Below, in pieces: positions 7,456 to 17,694 of a stretch of 36,382 nt of DNA; the first letter of the stretch is position 1; each line of letters begins with the position of its first letter. This DNA is from an uncultured virus (IMG/VR IMGVR_UViG_3300037466_002047) (lineage: Duplodnaviria; Heunggongvirae; Uroviricota; Caudoviricetes). The stretch lies in the IMG/VR virus record IMGVR_UViG_3300037466_002047. The stretch is one strand, 5' to 3'. The notes beneath the pieces were generated by a model. It was not told the DNA's origin and made no database searches. It saw only the letters and a list, made by a program, of their open reading frames with translations. The position numbers were made by a program, and so were the translations under genes.

Positions 7456-9657
7456 CTAACGACCGTTTGGCTGTTCCTGATCGGCGTGGCCTATCATCTG
7501 CGGAGCCACGTTCCCGACGAGGTTTGGCGAGGAGACGTTGACAGTCCGAGCAATCAAGGCATCGGCCCTACGGATCACGTCCATCAGCTTGGGGTCGCGC
7601 GAGACAAATTCGGCGGCCTTACGGACTGCCTCCGGGTCATTGCTGGCGAGCAGATCCCCGACCTTTTGCGCCAATCGCAAATTGATGCGGCCTTGACCGG
7701 CTTTGAGGATCGCGCCCGTAATCCCGGCGTATGACAGATGCTTCGGGTCCCAATCGCCGGTCGCAAGACCATAGATTGCGCTCGAACCCGCGGCCGAGCC
7801 GCCCGCCATGCCGACCTCTTGCAAGAATTTGGTGGTGGGCGAGCCTGACATAACCGCTGCTCGCGTCGTCTCCATCATCGTCTCAAGACGAACGCGGGCC
7901 TCTAATCTGCGGGCAGCGTCGGGTCCGAGCGCCATCGAAATGCGCTCTTTGGCGGCCGGAGAGTTCAGGAATGCCTTGCTAGCGATGGTCGATCGGTCCT
8001 TGAGCGGAATTTCGCGGATCATCTTGAGCAATTGCGAGGCAAAGCCGTAGGCGAATGCCTTGCGCTCCTCGGGAGTCATCTTTGCGATGGCTCGTCGTGC
8101 CTCTGCGTTTTCCATCCTTGAACCGACAAACTCCTCGCCGGCTGTCATTGCGTCGTCGGCACCAAAGAAACGGGCGGCACCTGCCCGCGCCTCTTTGTAC
8201 CCAGGCGCAACACTATCAAGGTGCGCGACAAGAGCTTTTTTAGCATCTAGCAGACCTTGGAGGTCCGCCTTCTCCTTGCTGTCGAGCTCATCGATCCCGC
8301 CCTTGCGCATCATGCCGTTGATGCGTGTGTCCAACGCCTTTTTGACGTAATCCCAATAGCGCAGGCTCGTCTTGCCCCTGTTCGGCACATCCTCTGCAAT
8401 GTGGTAGCCGTCGCCTGATAGAATCGTCTTGGTTTCTGACTCGCCGGCCAGTTTCTCGCCCCTGTTCTTGGCCAAAGACACCGCGTCTTTCATCGCTTGG
8501 GCGACAACTGGACGATCGGTGATCGATGACGGCACGTTGACGACGGGATGCGCAGCCATCAGGGGCGTGTAGCGCCTGTCATTCGCCTCTTGTGCAGCCT
8601 TACGGATGTCCTCTCTTGCGCCAACTGATTCCGGGTTGCCGCCGATGATCGAGACAACATCATCCTTAAAGCGTTGCCCCTGATCCTGAAACCGCTTGCT
8701 GCTGGCTTCGGCCAAGACAGTGTTGCGCGAGGAATTTGCAGCAGACCGGGCTAATGCTTGCGTGCGGCCTTTGCCCAGGTCAGCAACGATAACCGGCTCG
8801 CCTGCATTCTTGGCCGCCGTGATGGCGTTGACTACATGCTGCGGCGTCGTGCCGGGGCGATCGAGAGCAATGCCGCCGAACACGCGCCGCGCCGCCTCTG
8901 TGTCCTGATTGACCGCTTGGCGGATTGGGGCGGTCAGTGCGCCCAAACCCTTACCGGCCGCCGCAATGACAGGAGACGCAACCGCGCCACCGGCCGCACC
9001 AAGCAGCGCGCCGTTGGTCGCCTGATTGACCGTATCGGCAGCTCCGTTGCCAGAGCCAGCACCGAATAGCGCGCCATACAGACCGCCAGTCGCGCCCATG
9101 TTGAGCGTGCGGGCAAGCAAGCCGCCGCCCTTCGCGACCGTCGCCTCCGGCATGATCGGCAACGTGGCGAGCGCGCCGCCGAGATCGCCAGCGAGATAGG
9201 CCCCGGGCTGTTGCGCCTGCGCCGCCGCCTGAAATGCGCGAACCTTGTCCCGGCCGGCTTGGTATGCCTTCTGCGCGTCGTCGGTGCCCAACAGCGCGTC
9301 AATGCCGATGCGAGCCGCACCAATCGGAGCGCGGAAGCCACCAAGAAAATCAGGCAGACCAGACGCATCAGACAAGCCCTTGATCTCGTCGCGGAAGCCT
9401 GCCGACGCACCCGAAAGCGCGCCCTCTAGCGCAGCTTGGCCGCCAGTGACATGTGGTGCCGGCTCTTGAATATCAAACGGCTTGCTCGGATCGAACTGCG
9501 GCGCAGCCTGTGCAGGTGCAGCGTTCGGCGATACGAGGCCCGATTGCGGAGCGACTGCTGGCGGCTCAACCTGAAACGGCGCACTCGGATCAAAGCTCGG
9601 CGTTTCGGGCTGTGCGCCAGGAAACCGAAACTGGATGTCGAGCTGCGGCGTTCCCAT
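7456..9657 (-). CDS. Internal virion / DNA ejection protein (gp16-like position, 733 aa)
   Basis: Ala/Gly-rich helical protein, third gene after the tail hub block. Confidence 0.75.
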   Translation of the reverse strand: MGTPQLDIQFRFPGAQPETPSFDPSAPFQVEPPAVAPQSGLVSPNAAPAQAAPQFDPSKPFDIQEPAPHVTGGQAALEGALSGASAGFRDEIKGLSDASGLPDFLGGFRAPIGAARIGIDALLGTDDAQKAYQAGRDKVRAFQAAAQAQQPGAYLAGDLGGALATLPIMPEATVAKGGGLLARTLNMGATGGLYGALFGAGSGNGAADTVNQATNGALLGAAGGAVASPVIAAAGKGLGALTAPIRQAVNQDTEAARRVFGGIALDRPGTTPQHVVNAITAAKNAGEPVIVADLGKGRTQALARSAANSSRNTVLAEASSKRFQDQGQRFKDDVVSIIGGNPESVGAREDIRKAAQEANDRRYTPLMAAHPVVNVPSSITDRPVVAQAMKDAVSLAKNRGEKLAGESETKTILSGDGYHIAEDVPNRGKTSLRYWDYVKKALDTRINGMMRKGGIDELDSKEKADLQGLLDAKKALVAHLDSVAPGYKEARAGAARFFGADDAMTAGEEFVGSRMENAEARRAIAKMTPEERKAFAYGFASQLLKMIREIPLKDRSTIASKAFLNSPAAKERISMALGPDAARRLEARVRLETMMETTRAAVMSGSPTTKFLQEVGMAGGSAAGSSAIYGLATGDWDPKHLSYAGITGAILKAGQGRINLRLAQKVGDLLASNDPEAVRKAAEFVSRDPKLMDVIRRADALIARTVNVSSPNLVGNVAPQMIGHADQEQPNGR

Positions 9658-11396
9658 TACTGGAGCGCCTTTGCGGTTCCGTCAGGCTGAATCTGGAAGC
9701 GCACGCCGTTCTGAACGACAATGCTACCCGCAGGCGGCAATTTCGGAGCGCCCGCATTTGCTTGCGGAGCGGGTTGCTGGCCGCCAATGCTCTTGACCGC
9801 CGCCGTAACGTACTGCTGCACCGGATGCAGCCGATTGAACGCGATATCCGCCCCCACCTGCCCAGGATGCTGACCCAGGAACTCGTAATAATCCTGTTGG
9901 CGTTGCGCGGCCTGCCTGAGAGATGCGGAAACTAGTTTCGAGCCAAGATAGGTCTGCTGCGCACCAGGAACCGAGGCAATCGACTGCTGGACGATCATCT
10001 GCGCTTCGCGAGAGCCGAGCGTCTTGGCCAATTCAAAGCCGAGATTGGTCGTCTGCTTGTTGATGTCCTCCCACGTCGCCACCTTGTTCGGATCAATCTG
10101 GAATTTCGAGGCGATGCTATCCGGCAGAAGCTGCGCAACGCTATTCCACGATTTCGCGACGTTCGCTTTGAGGTTTGCACCGGCCCCCATCCAGTTCGGG
10201 CCGAGAGCATCAATCGCGTGATCGATGATGCCCAAACGGTAGAGCGTGGATTGTGCCGCCTGATAGTTCTCGCCGGCCTTCTTGTATTGCTCGCCTGCGA
10301 TATTGGCGAACGTCTTGGCGGTTTCAGTCTGTCCGGCCACGCGAGCCTGATAGTCGGCCATAGACTCGCCGGGAAGATGTCCGACCATGAAGTCGCTGAC
10401 ATTGCGCGACGGCGCGAACGTCTTGGCTGCCGCGTCCATGAGAGACTTTGCTTGGTCGATCATGGCCGTGCCAGCGCCGGGACGAACGAGGTTAAGTGCA
10501 GTTCCTTTCTGGAATAGCGCCTGCGCCTGCGCCTGCGCCTGCTGCGGCGTGTACTGGCCCATAATGAGCGGGCCTGCGCTTGTCTGCTGCTCTCCCATGC
10601 CGGGAGACGCTTGACCGCCGAATCCTTGCGTCACGCGCGCATAGAACTCCTGCGCAGTGACGGGCCGACCGCCGGGACCAAAGAACAAGGATTGATTGGC
10701 CTTGACCGCCGCGGGGCCGACCATTGACGCGGCAGGCGCATTCGGGTTTTGCGCCATGGAGGTCAGGAAGCCAGTTGCGCCCTGCGCGCCGAGGAGATGC
10801 GCCATACGCAAATTCGCATCGGTCGGCTGAATGCCAGCGCCTTGTAGAACCGTCGCGTTCTCTTGCGTAAATACCGGAAGCGCACGCGTTACCTGATTTG
10901 GATCGTACTGGCCGCCCGGCGTGAGTTTCAGTTCTGGATGGCGTTGGGCAAGATCGGCCCACGTCCCATCCGTGAACTGCGCAAGGCCACCCGCAGTCGA
11001 GTTCGGGTTTTTGGCGTTCGGGTTGTTGCCGCTTTCTGCCGCATATGTGTTTGCGGCATACGAGCCTGCTGGGGCGGCCTGTCCTTGCGGTGCGGGATGC
11101 CCCTGCGGCTGCAACGCGCCGATGGCGGAATTGAACAACTGCCGCTGCAAGCCGAGATTGGCGAGGCTCACGCCATTTGTAGTATCGCCGTTCTGGATGT
11201 ATTTATTACCGACCGCGCTGTAGTCAGGGGAACCATCCGGGAGCGTCGGCAGTCCGCCTTTGAAGGCGTTTATGAGATTCATCTGCTGGCCAAGCTTTGC
11301 TCCGCCAACATAATCACCGAGCAGCCCGCTTAGCGGCGAGAAGTCAAACTTCTTGTCACTATTGGCAATTGCCAGATCAAGTGCGTCAGCGGGCAT
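9657..11396 (-). CDS. Ejection protein with a lytic transglycosylase domain
   Basis: AESGNNPNAKNPNSTAGGLAQFTDGTW SLT-type motif and MAHLLGAQGA. Confidence 0.85.
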   Translation of the reverse strand: MPADALDLAIANSDKKFDFSPLSGLLGDYVGGAKLGQQMNLINAFKGGLPTLPDGSPDYSAVGNKYIQNGDTTNGVSLANLGLQRQLFNSAIGALQPQGHPAPQGQAAPAGSYAANTYAAESGNNPNAKNPNSTAGGLAQFTDGTWADLAQRHPELKLTPGGQYDPNQVTRALPVFTQENATVLQGAGIQPTDANLRMAHLLGAQGATGFLTSMAQNPNAPAASMVGPAAVKANQSLFFGPGGRPVTAQEFYARVTQGFGGQASPGMGEQQTSAGPLIMGQYTPQQAQAQAQALFQKGTALNLVRPGAGTAMIDQAKSLMDAAAKTFAPSRNVSDFMVGHLPGESMADYQARVAGQTETAKTFANIAGEQYKKAGENYQAAQSTLYRLGIIDHAIDALGPNWMGAGANLKANVAKSWNSVAQLLPDSIASKFQIDPNKVATWEDINKQTTNLGFELAKTLGSREAQMIVQQSIASVPGAQQTYLGSKLVSASLRQAAQRQQDYYEFLGQHPGQVGADIAFNRLHPVQQYVTAAVKSIGGQQPAPQANAGAPKLPPAGSIVVQNGVRFQIQPDGTAKALQ

Positions 11397-11407
11397 TTAG
11401 CGAACCC

Positions 11408-12088
11408 CTAGAAGCCGAGCAGTTGGGCACCGAGTTTGGCACCGCTAAAAATAGCACCAAGCCCGTTTGCTGAGACGTTGTAACGATTGAGATCAGCCGC
11501 GGCGTTTGCGTTGCCGATGCCCTGCTGCGCGGCATTGGCAGCGGCGCCCTGCCCCTGGAAACTAGCACCCAACTGATTGCCGAGACCGGCAGACAGCGTG
11601 GAGTTGGCGTTCCCTTCGCCATAAGCAGAAGTCACAGCCTGATTGCCGAACGGCGCGAGATTCGTGACGTATTGGTTGAATGCCTGGTTTGCCAAGCCAG
11701 TGCCATACGCCTGTTCGGCCGCCGCTGTACCGCCTCCGGACAGCATGCCGCGCGAAGCCGCGCCGCGATCGATTGCCTGCAAGCCTTGCCCGAGTTGGAA
11801 TTGATAACCGGGACCGGCATGGAAACTGTCTAACGCGCGCTGGTAGCCAGCCGCACCATTCGCGCCCGTCGCGTCGCCATAGGCTTGATAGCCTGCGTTC
11901 GCCTGCGTCGTCACGGGACTATAGATGCTCGAAAGCTTATCCATGCCGCCTTGATAGGCATTCGTCGTCGCCGTGCGGCCTTGGTTATAGAGATCGGAGA
12001 GCTGCTGATAGCCCTGTGTGTAGCCGTTGGCGCGGTCACGTGCCGCATCTTCTGCGGCACTGTTAGAGAAGATGTCAAAAAGGCTCAT
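11408..12088 (-). CDS. DNA transfer / ejection protein (gp7-like)
   Basis: PGYQFQLGQGLQAIDRGAASRGMLSGG motif; Gly/Ala/Gln-rich. Confidence 0.8.
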   Translation of the reverse strand: MSLFDIFSNSAAEDAARDRANGYTQGYQQLSDLYNQGRTATTNAYQGGMDKLSSIYSPVTTQANAGYQAYGDATGANGAAGYQRALDSFHAGPGYQFQLGQGLQAIDRGAASRGMLSGGGTAAAEQAYGTGLANQAFNQYVTNLAPFGNQAVTSAYGEGNANSTLSAGLGNQLGASFQGQGAAANAAQQGIGNANAAADLNRYNVSANGLGAIFSGAKLGAQLLGF

Positions 12089-12101
12089 TTTATCTACCTT
12101 T

Positions 12102-12383
12102 TTAGAACACGGGCACGTAGCCGATGTTGCCGGCGTCGTCCGTGATCGTCAGCCACTTTTGAATGGTCGTATGCGCCCCGGTTGGACCAAGGCTCGACAT
12201 CGCCGTTGCAACGGTGCCGTTTGCGGTGAAGTCGCCTGCCGCACCTGCCCGCGTCAGGCGGTTGATGCGGTCCCACGACAGAAAGTATTTGTACCAATCG
12301 ACGTTCATAATCCCGGTTTTTGGATCAATCACTGCAACGCCGATATTCGGCAGCGCAGGAGGGAGCGGTGCTCTTGTGCTCAT
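12102..12383 (-). CDS. Hypothetical virion protein
   Basis: Coupled to the hub gene; position of the P22 tail needle region. Confidence 0.7.
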   Translation of the reverse strand: MSTRAPLPPALPNIGVAVIDPKTGIMNVDWYKYFLSWDRINRLTRAGAAGDFTANGTVATAMSSLGPTGAHTTIQKWLTITDDAGNIGYVPVF

Positions 12384-13804
12384 CGGCGCACCTCAGCCGA
12401 CATATCCCCTCCGGTCAGGATGCAGTCCACATCGTCAGTGACACGCAAACGCCAGCGGCGACCGACATTCTTGGTCATGCCGGTTTTATTGACACGGATC
12501 GGGCCATTGACGGTCGATTGGACGCCCAATTTGCGAGGAAGCGGATTTCCCCACGACACCCCGCCATCGTCCGACCACGAGATTTCCACGGTCGGATTGG
12601 TCTGCATCGGGTCTGTGCCCTCCGCGTCACCGACGCCTTGCGCAATCGCGAATGACGCTTCAGGGCATGCCGTCCGATGCGGAAACGCTGAAACAGGACC
12701 GCTCTCGACATGGAAGGCCAGCGGATCGCCGGCCTCATTGCCGACAGCGCCGGAAATCTCGACAAGCTTATTCGTCGCGCTATCGTCGCCTGCAATCCAC
12801 TTGTTGAACGCAAACAGCGAGCGGGTCGCGCGCCAGTTCAACACCCCATAGCTCTGCCGCTCGTGCCAGTGCAGGGTGTCGAGATCGAACACCCAAGTCC
12901 AATCCGGCGATTTGACCGCAACGCAGGAATGCCCCCGGATCGAATATGGGAACATCTCAAGATTGTTCACGTCGCCGCCCGCTTCCATGAAAGAAGCGAT
13001 TGAGCGATCAACGTCCGGCGTCGAGACGGCTTGCGGCGCATATCCATTCAGCGCATAGACGCGCTTGTCATCCCCCACAAACAAGACGCCTTTGCCCATC
13101 CCATCTTCAAAACCTGAGATGGCATAAGGGCCGAGAATGCCTTTCGGAATGACCGTGACGCGGCTGTACGGGAAACCAGTTGCCTCCGCCGTGTCGTGGT
13201 AGACCTCAATCGAGAGTTGCCCGCACAGATAAAGGTCCGAGAATGCGACAACCCGGATAAGCCCGTCTCGCCTGCCCTGCGCGCCGACCTCATCCAGTGC
13301 GTTGATGGCGGTATCGTTCAACGCAGAGGCAAAGCAGCGCCCGTCACCTGTGGTGAAGAATAAATAGCCGTCTTGACAATCGACGCTATTGACCGCTGGC
13401 AGATCAGGATCGGAATAGCTCGTGACCGTCGTACTAGTGACTTGAAACGCGCCGTTGTCGGGATCGACCACGACCATATCGGGCGTCGGGCTTTTGTTGT
13501 TGACAGCCCAAAATACCTTTTTCGTGCCAGTCAGGGCCGCGACATCCGTTTCCGTGCCGGAGGAGTTAAAGCGTGTGACCCGGCTTCCCCATGCCGTGTA
13601 GAGGTCATTGCCGTTAAGAATGCCGCCCCTGAAACCTGTCCGCGCCGATGTCGCAAAAGCCTTTAGCCCAGGCGCACGCCGCCATGAGTCCTTGGACGAT
13701 GCCCCGGCCGCCAACCGCTCATGATATGCATTGATGAGACGCCCTGCGCTTTCGTGCGGCCTTTGTCCTGGAGCCGATGTGCGCGGAAACGGAATGGCCG
13801 TCAT
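12380..13804 (-). CDS. Tail hub / packaged DNA stabilization protein (P22 gp10-like)
   Basis: Beta-rich ~474 aa; TWVFDLDTLHWHER and ISWSDDGGVSW motifs; start at 13804 by TGATG overlap. Confidence 0.85.
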   Translation of the reverse strand: MTAIPFPRTSAPGQRPHESAGRLINAYHERLAAGASSKDSWRRAPGLKAFATSARTGFRGGILNGNDLYTAWGSRVTRFNSSGTETDVAALTGTKKVFWAVNNKSPTPDMVVVDPDNGAFQVTSTTVTSYSDPDLPAVNSVDCQDGYLFFTTGDGRCFASALNDTAINALDEVGAQGRRDGLIRVVAFSDLYLCGQLSIEVYHDTAEATGFPYSRVTVIPKGILGPYAISGFEDGMGKGVLFVGDDKRVYALNGYAPQAVSTPDVDRSIASFMEAGGDVNNLEMFPYSIRGHSCVAVKSPDWTWVFDLDTLHWHERQSYGVLNWRATRSLFAFNKWIAGDDSATNKLVEISGAVGNEAGDPLAFHVESGPVSAFPHRTACPEASFAIAQGVGDAEGTDPMQTNPTVEISWSDDGGVSWGNPLPRKLGVQSTVNGPIRVNKTGMTKNVGRRWRLRVTDDVDCILTGGDMSAEVRR

Positions 13805-14187
13805 CAGCAGTTCCAATAACTGCGCAAGATCGGCCTGACGCCCTGACGCAGCACGCTATCGGTGCGGAGTGTCTTGCGCGGTGCAGCGGCGCGCGTGACC
13901 TCCTTCATGCGGTCTTCAATGAGCGACAGCGTGACCGGATCGAGTGCACCGCGGCCGTAGCCTGGACCCGCCTTGGCAATAATGAATTCGACCAGAGGTT
14001 CAAACAGCGCATCATCGATATTATCGAGATCGATATTCACGATATCGCGGGCATTCAATTCCGCAACGATGGTATCGAGCCTGTTATCGATGTCGGAATA
14101 CACGTCATCAGGCGCGATCTGACCGACGCCAATAACGTCCATGTCCAAGAGAACACGGTTGACCAAATCGGCGCGGAGTTGCGTCAT
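13804..14187 (-). CDS. Head-to-tail adaptor (gp4-like position)
   Basis: Helical 127 aa protein between coat and hub. Confidence 0.7.
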   Translation of the reverse strand: MTQLRADLVNRVLLDMDVIGVGQIAPDDVYSDIDNRLDTIVAELNARDIVNIDLDNIDDALFEPLVEFIIAKAGPGYGRGALDPVTLSLIEDRMKEVTRAAAPRKTLRTDSVLRQGVRPILRSYWNC

Positions 14188-14198
14188 TGCGGCCTCAT

Positions 14199-14229
14199 AA
14201 GAAAAAGGACGGGGCCGAAGCCCCGCCCT
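14199..14229 (-). terminator. Terminator after the coat gene
   Basis: GGGCGGGGC-TTCG-GCCCCGTCC followed by TTTTTCTT on the minus strand. Confidence 0.85.
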
Positions 14230-14237
14230 CAGTTTCG

Positions 14238-15473
14238 TTACGCGCCGCTCAGGCGAGTGGCCAGATCAGGATATATGGCGCGAACCCCATACAGAATGTC
14301 GAGACGCCAGTTACCCAGGTCGTTGGTGCCGTCGTAGTACGGGACCACGCGAACGCTGAGGCCCTTGTAGGTCTCGCGCGCCGGGTTGACCGCGCCCTGC
14401 GGCAGCTCCATCGGCACCATCGCGAGCGCGAACGCATCGCGGTGGAACACAAGGTTGCTCACGTAGCCGGTCGATGCCGTGCCCTTGAACGTAAGGGTAG
14501 CATTATCGGCAGGAGCCGCCGAGACGGTCTGATACGCGCCGGACGTGATGATGGCCGGCGAGATATTGAGCGTCAGGGCACCAGTCCCGTCCGAGGAGCC
14601 GTCGGTATTGACGACGAACTGCTGCAAGTAGGGCAGCACAGCTTTCGTCACAGGATTGACGGCAAACACGCCAGAAAGCGTGAACACGTCACCAGCCTTG
14701 ACGCGAGACGCAGCCGCTGCCGTCCATCCATCCGTGATGAGCGACTGAGCATTCGTGCCGTCGTAAGTGACGTTTTGGTTGGCACCGTTGACCAGCGGCG
14801 TGCCGCCCAGCGGGCCGACCGTGTGCGTCTGCACATTCTGCGTCGAATAGGCGTCCACTCCCGCAATCATCGGGAGTTTGGCCTTTTCAACGGCAGACTT
14901 GGCGATGCCCTGCACGAACATGTTGCTCGTGAAGGCACCCGCGAGTGCGTACTGATCGGCGGGGCTCAGCGCAGCGACACGATCGCCGGCCGGGACCGCC
15001 ATTTCGTCAAGACGCTGCGGGGCAGCCGCAAAACCAGCGAACGTCGAGACGTTGTTGCCGGCAGTGCCGACCCAGTTCCAGACGTTGTTCGCCAGCGCGG
15101 CCAAGTCGGTATCGACCTGGTTGGCGAGTTGGATCATGGCCGACTTCATGTAGCGGTCGGAGAAGTCGGAGATTTTCAGAGTGAGGTCGCTCGACGCAAA
15201 CTGGAGATCGACACCCTTCTGCTTGTTGACCTGAATGGTCGTCGTCTTTTCCGTGGTGTTCTGCGGCGAGGCCACAGCGCCATCACGAACCGTGTAGCGC
15301 ACCGGTTTGCGGATCGAGATGGTATCGCCCGGCTTGTTGCCGTTCGACTTCTTGGCGAATTCGTCCTCATAGGAACGGTTCACCAGCGACCCGAACACCA
15401 GGTTGTTGTCGAGAAGGCGGAGCGCCTCCTTGGCAATGATGGACGGATTAATGAGGGTATTCGTGGCGGTCAT
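14238..15473 (-). CDS. Major capsid protein, P22 gp5 family
   Basis: IIAKEALRLLDNNLVF, GDTISIRKP and RLDILYGV motifs; 411 aa. Confidence 0.93.
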   Translation of the reverse strand: MTATNTLINPSIIAKEALRLLDNNLVFGSLVNRSYEDEFAKKSNGNKPGDTISIRKPVRYTVRDGAVASPQNTTEKTTTIQVNKQKGVDLQFASSDLTLKISDFSDRYMKSAMIQLANQVDTDLAALANNVWNWVGTAGNNVSTFAGFAAAPQRLDEMAVPAGDRVAALSPADQYALAGAFTSNMFVQGIAKSAVEKAKLPMIAGVDAYSTQNVQTHTVGPLGGTPLVNGANQNVTYDGTNAQSLITDGWTAAAASRVKAGDVFTLSGVFAVNPVTKAVLPYLQQFVVNTDGSSDGTGALTLNISPAIITSGAYQTVSAAPADNATLTFKGTASTGYVSNLVFHRDAFALAMVPMELPQGAVNPARETYKGLSVRVVPYYDGTNDLGNWRLDILYGVRAIYPDLATRLSGA

Positions 15474-15492
15474 TTAAGTGACCCTTTCATGC

Positions 15493-15519
15493 AAAAGGGC
15501 CACCCGAAGGCGGCCCTTG
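15493..15519 (-). terminator. Terminator-like hairpin between scaffold and coat genes
   Basis: AAGGGCCGCC-TTCG-GGTGGCCCTT followed by TT on the minus strand. Confidence 0.6.
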
Positions 15520-15543
15520 TGATTGGCGTCACGTTGGCGTCGG

Positions 15544-16392
15544 CTATTTGAAGCCGCTGTCTGCCCAAGCCGTGTATTCCTCCATGCTCATCGCGGAGGG
15601 GTCTTTACGGCTCGTTACCGTTCCGGTCCCTCGTGGGACACTGAGCGGGGGCTTTGCCTTTGTGACTGTTTTGGCTTGTGGACCGCGAATGCGCGCCGAC
15701 AGCTTGCCGATTTCTCGGGCCGCTTCGATCAGCGTCATGCGGTTTAGGGCGTCGAGCTTCTCCGGATTCTTGGCCAGGTGGTACGCAATCAGCGGCCCCT
15801 TGCCGTCATCCAGTATCATGTCTCGAACATCATCGCGGATTGGAACGTCGTTCGCCTGCTTCAAAGTCGCATCGAAATCGGGGATGCGATCCTTCACGTC
15901 CTCAAGACGGGCGTTGTAGGCGTTCAATCGGGCGCGATGTGCCCTTTGCGCGTTTGCTTGCTCCTGTTCGCTTGCGACACGCGCATTTTCTTCCCGGATC
16001 GCCTTTCTCGTCTCATAAGCGCGCAACGCGCGGTCATAGGCGAGATAATCGTTCGGGAAGTCCGACTCTTTCGGCTCTTTGAGGTCGTCACCGTCCTCAT
16101 CGGTTTTCGCCAGCCGCGGGGCCAGCGTGCGCCGATATTCGGCCAGTTCCTCCTCAGCAGCGCGGAGTCGTGCTTTCAGTTTTGCAGAACCGGACGGCTT
16201 TTTGGGCTTTTCCGGTTCGGCTTCCTGTTCTCCTTCACCCTCACCATCTGCGGCTTCTTCGCCATCGCCTTCGGACTGTTCCTCGTCCTCATCGGCAAGA
16301 GTTACAAAGTCTTTGGTGGTTTCGGATTCTGGAGTTTTTACAACTTCACCTTCGGCCAGCGTTTCCGCCGTCCCTTGGTTTTCGTCTGACAT
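15544..16392 (-). CDS. Scaffolding protein
   Basis: Acidic N-terminus, coiled coil, IAYHLAKNPE...AREIGKL, C-terminal MSMEEY; directly before the coat gene. Confidence 0.85.
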   Translation of the reverse strand: MSDENQGTAETLAEGEVVKTPESETTKDFVTLADEDEEQSEGDGEEAADGEGEGEQEAEPEKPKKPSGSAKLKARLRAAEEELAEYRRTLAPRLAKTDEDGDDLKEPKESDFPNDYLAYDRALRAYETRKAIREENARVASEQEQANAQRAHRARLNAYNARLEDVKDRIPDFDATLKQANDVPIRDDVRDMILDDGKGPLIAYHLAKNPEKLDALNRMTLIEAAREIGKLSARIRGPQAKTVTKAKPPLSVPRGTGTVTSRKDPSAMSMEEYTAWADSGFK

Positions 16393-16404
16393 GGTTCCTC
16401 AAAC

Positions 16405-16427
16405 AAAAATGCCGCCCGAGGGCGGCG
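16405..16427 (-). terminator. Terminator-like hairpin upstream of the scaffold gene
   Basis: GCCGCC-ctcg-GGCGGC followed by ATTTTT on the minus strand. Confidence 0.55.
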
Positions 16428-16521
16428 ATCATCGCGTTAGCCAGCCGGACGGCCAGCCTGCGGCGAAGCTACTGAATTTCTACCCCGCCCCGAACGGATA
16501 CAGCGGCCCGGGAAAGAGGGA

Positions 16522-17688
16522 TCACAGTCCGAGCACTGCGCGCACTTGCGTATCAACCCATGCACCGAGCGTGGCGTGGCCAGCAGTGTCAGGATGCGTT
16601 GTGTCGAACTTTGTGTAGGACACCCCGGTCGGGTCGAGAAAGAACACGCCAGGAATGCCCTGACATGCCGCCATCACGGCATCGCGGCAGGCAACCTGAT
16701 TTGCGGAGGGCGCAGAAGGCGCGTTCGTATCCCATGGGCCGATGACGAAAATTACGGCAGTGCGCAATGCGTTCCGAATGGTGAGCAAATCGCTTCTGGC
16801 CGCGACCGAAATACCCGACAGACCGAGATCGTTGATCCCCATCTCGACAACCACGACATCCGCTGCGCTCGTCGTGACGTCCGTAATTCGCTGACCGAGA
16901 TTATACCGCGTCCCGCTAGCGGTCGCGACGTAACCTGTCGAACCGACACCGCTGCCCCACGCATCTCGGATTCCGAGCGCGTCGGCGGCAACCATCCAGA
17001 ATCCGTCGCCTACGATCGAGGCCCCGGTTGAACCACCAATAAAGCTGTCTCCTGCGAATATGGCCCTGACTGGGGTACCATTAGGCCGCGCGATCGTGTC
17101 GGTGCCAGCCACGAAAAAACCAGCCCACAACTGGTTGTCCTGGCATTCAATCGAAATCTTGCGGCTGGCTTTTCCTCCGACGCTGGTGAAATCAAGCAAT
17201 ACATAGGAAGCGCCGGATGCTCCAGCAGGAGCGGTGCCAGTCAGCGACACATAAACATCATCCACAAGAAATCGGAAATTGATCCCCGCACTATTCCCGT
17301 TAATCTGTATGCCGACCTTCGCTGCGTTGATCTGTGCTTCGTTGCGCCAAGCCGTATTCTGTTCCAACGTCCCGGTAAACCTGGTAGCATTCTTTACCGA
17401 ACGATACGTCGAACCGACATCGAAACTTGGACCGCCGAGCAAATTCAAATTGCCTAGATTGGTCGAAGGCCACTTGGCCTGAACCGACGTAAGACCATTC
17501 AATAGCGTACTGCTCGTAGATGTCGTCACGGTCGGCGGCGACGCCATCGCCGCCGAGTGCGATACGTTGTAAAGCCCGCTATCCGCAGCGCCCTTAAGTT
17601 TGTTAAACCCGACCCGCCATGGGTAGCCACCAACCCCAAAACTCCCCGGCATTCCCGGCGCGACCAAATGTGCAGGACAGGCGACCAT
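16522..17688 (-). CDS. SGNH/GDSL esterase with an N-terminal beta-rich domain
   Basis: Blocks FAGDSF, GVGSTGY, MGIND and DTTHP. Confidence 0.88.
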   Translation of the reverse strand: MVACPAHLVAPGMPGSFGVGGYPWRVGFNKLKGAADSGLYNVSHSAAMASPPTVTTSTSSTLLNGLTSVQAKWPSTNLGNLNLLGGPSFDVGSTYRSVKNATRFTGTLEQNTAWRNEAQINAAKVGIQINGNSAGINFRFLVDDVYVSLTGTAPAGASGASYVLLDFTSVGGKASRKISIECQDNQLWAGFFVAGTDTIARPNGTPVRAIFAGDSFIGGSTGASIVGDGFWMVAADALGIRDAWGSGVGSTGYVATASGTRYNLGQRITDVTTSAADVVVVEMGINDLGLSGISVAARSDLLTIRNALRTAVIFVIGPWDTNAPSAPSANQVACRDAVMAACQGIPGVFFLDPTGVSYTKFDTTHPDTAGHATLGAWVDTQVRAVLGL

Positions 17689-17694
17689 TTCAGA

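Noticed and set aside
10517..10545. GCCTGC tandem repeat
   Set aside because: Simply encodes QAQAQA in the ejection protein
14187..15551. 454-aa plus-strand ORF
   Set aside because: Antisense shadow of the GC3-biased coat gene; no recognisable motifs
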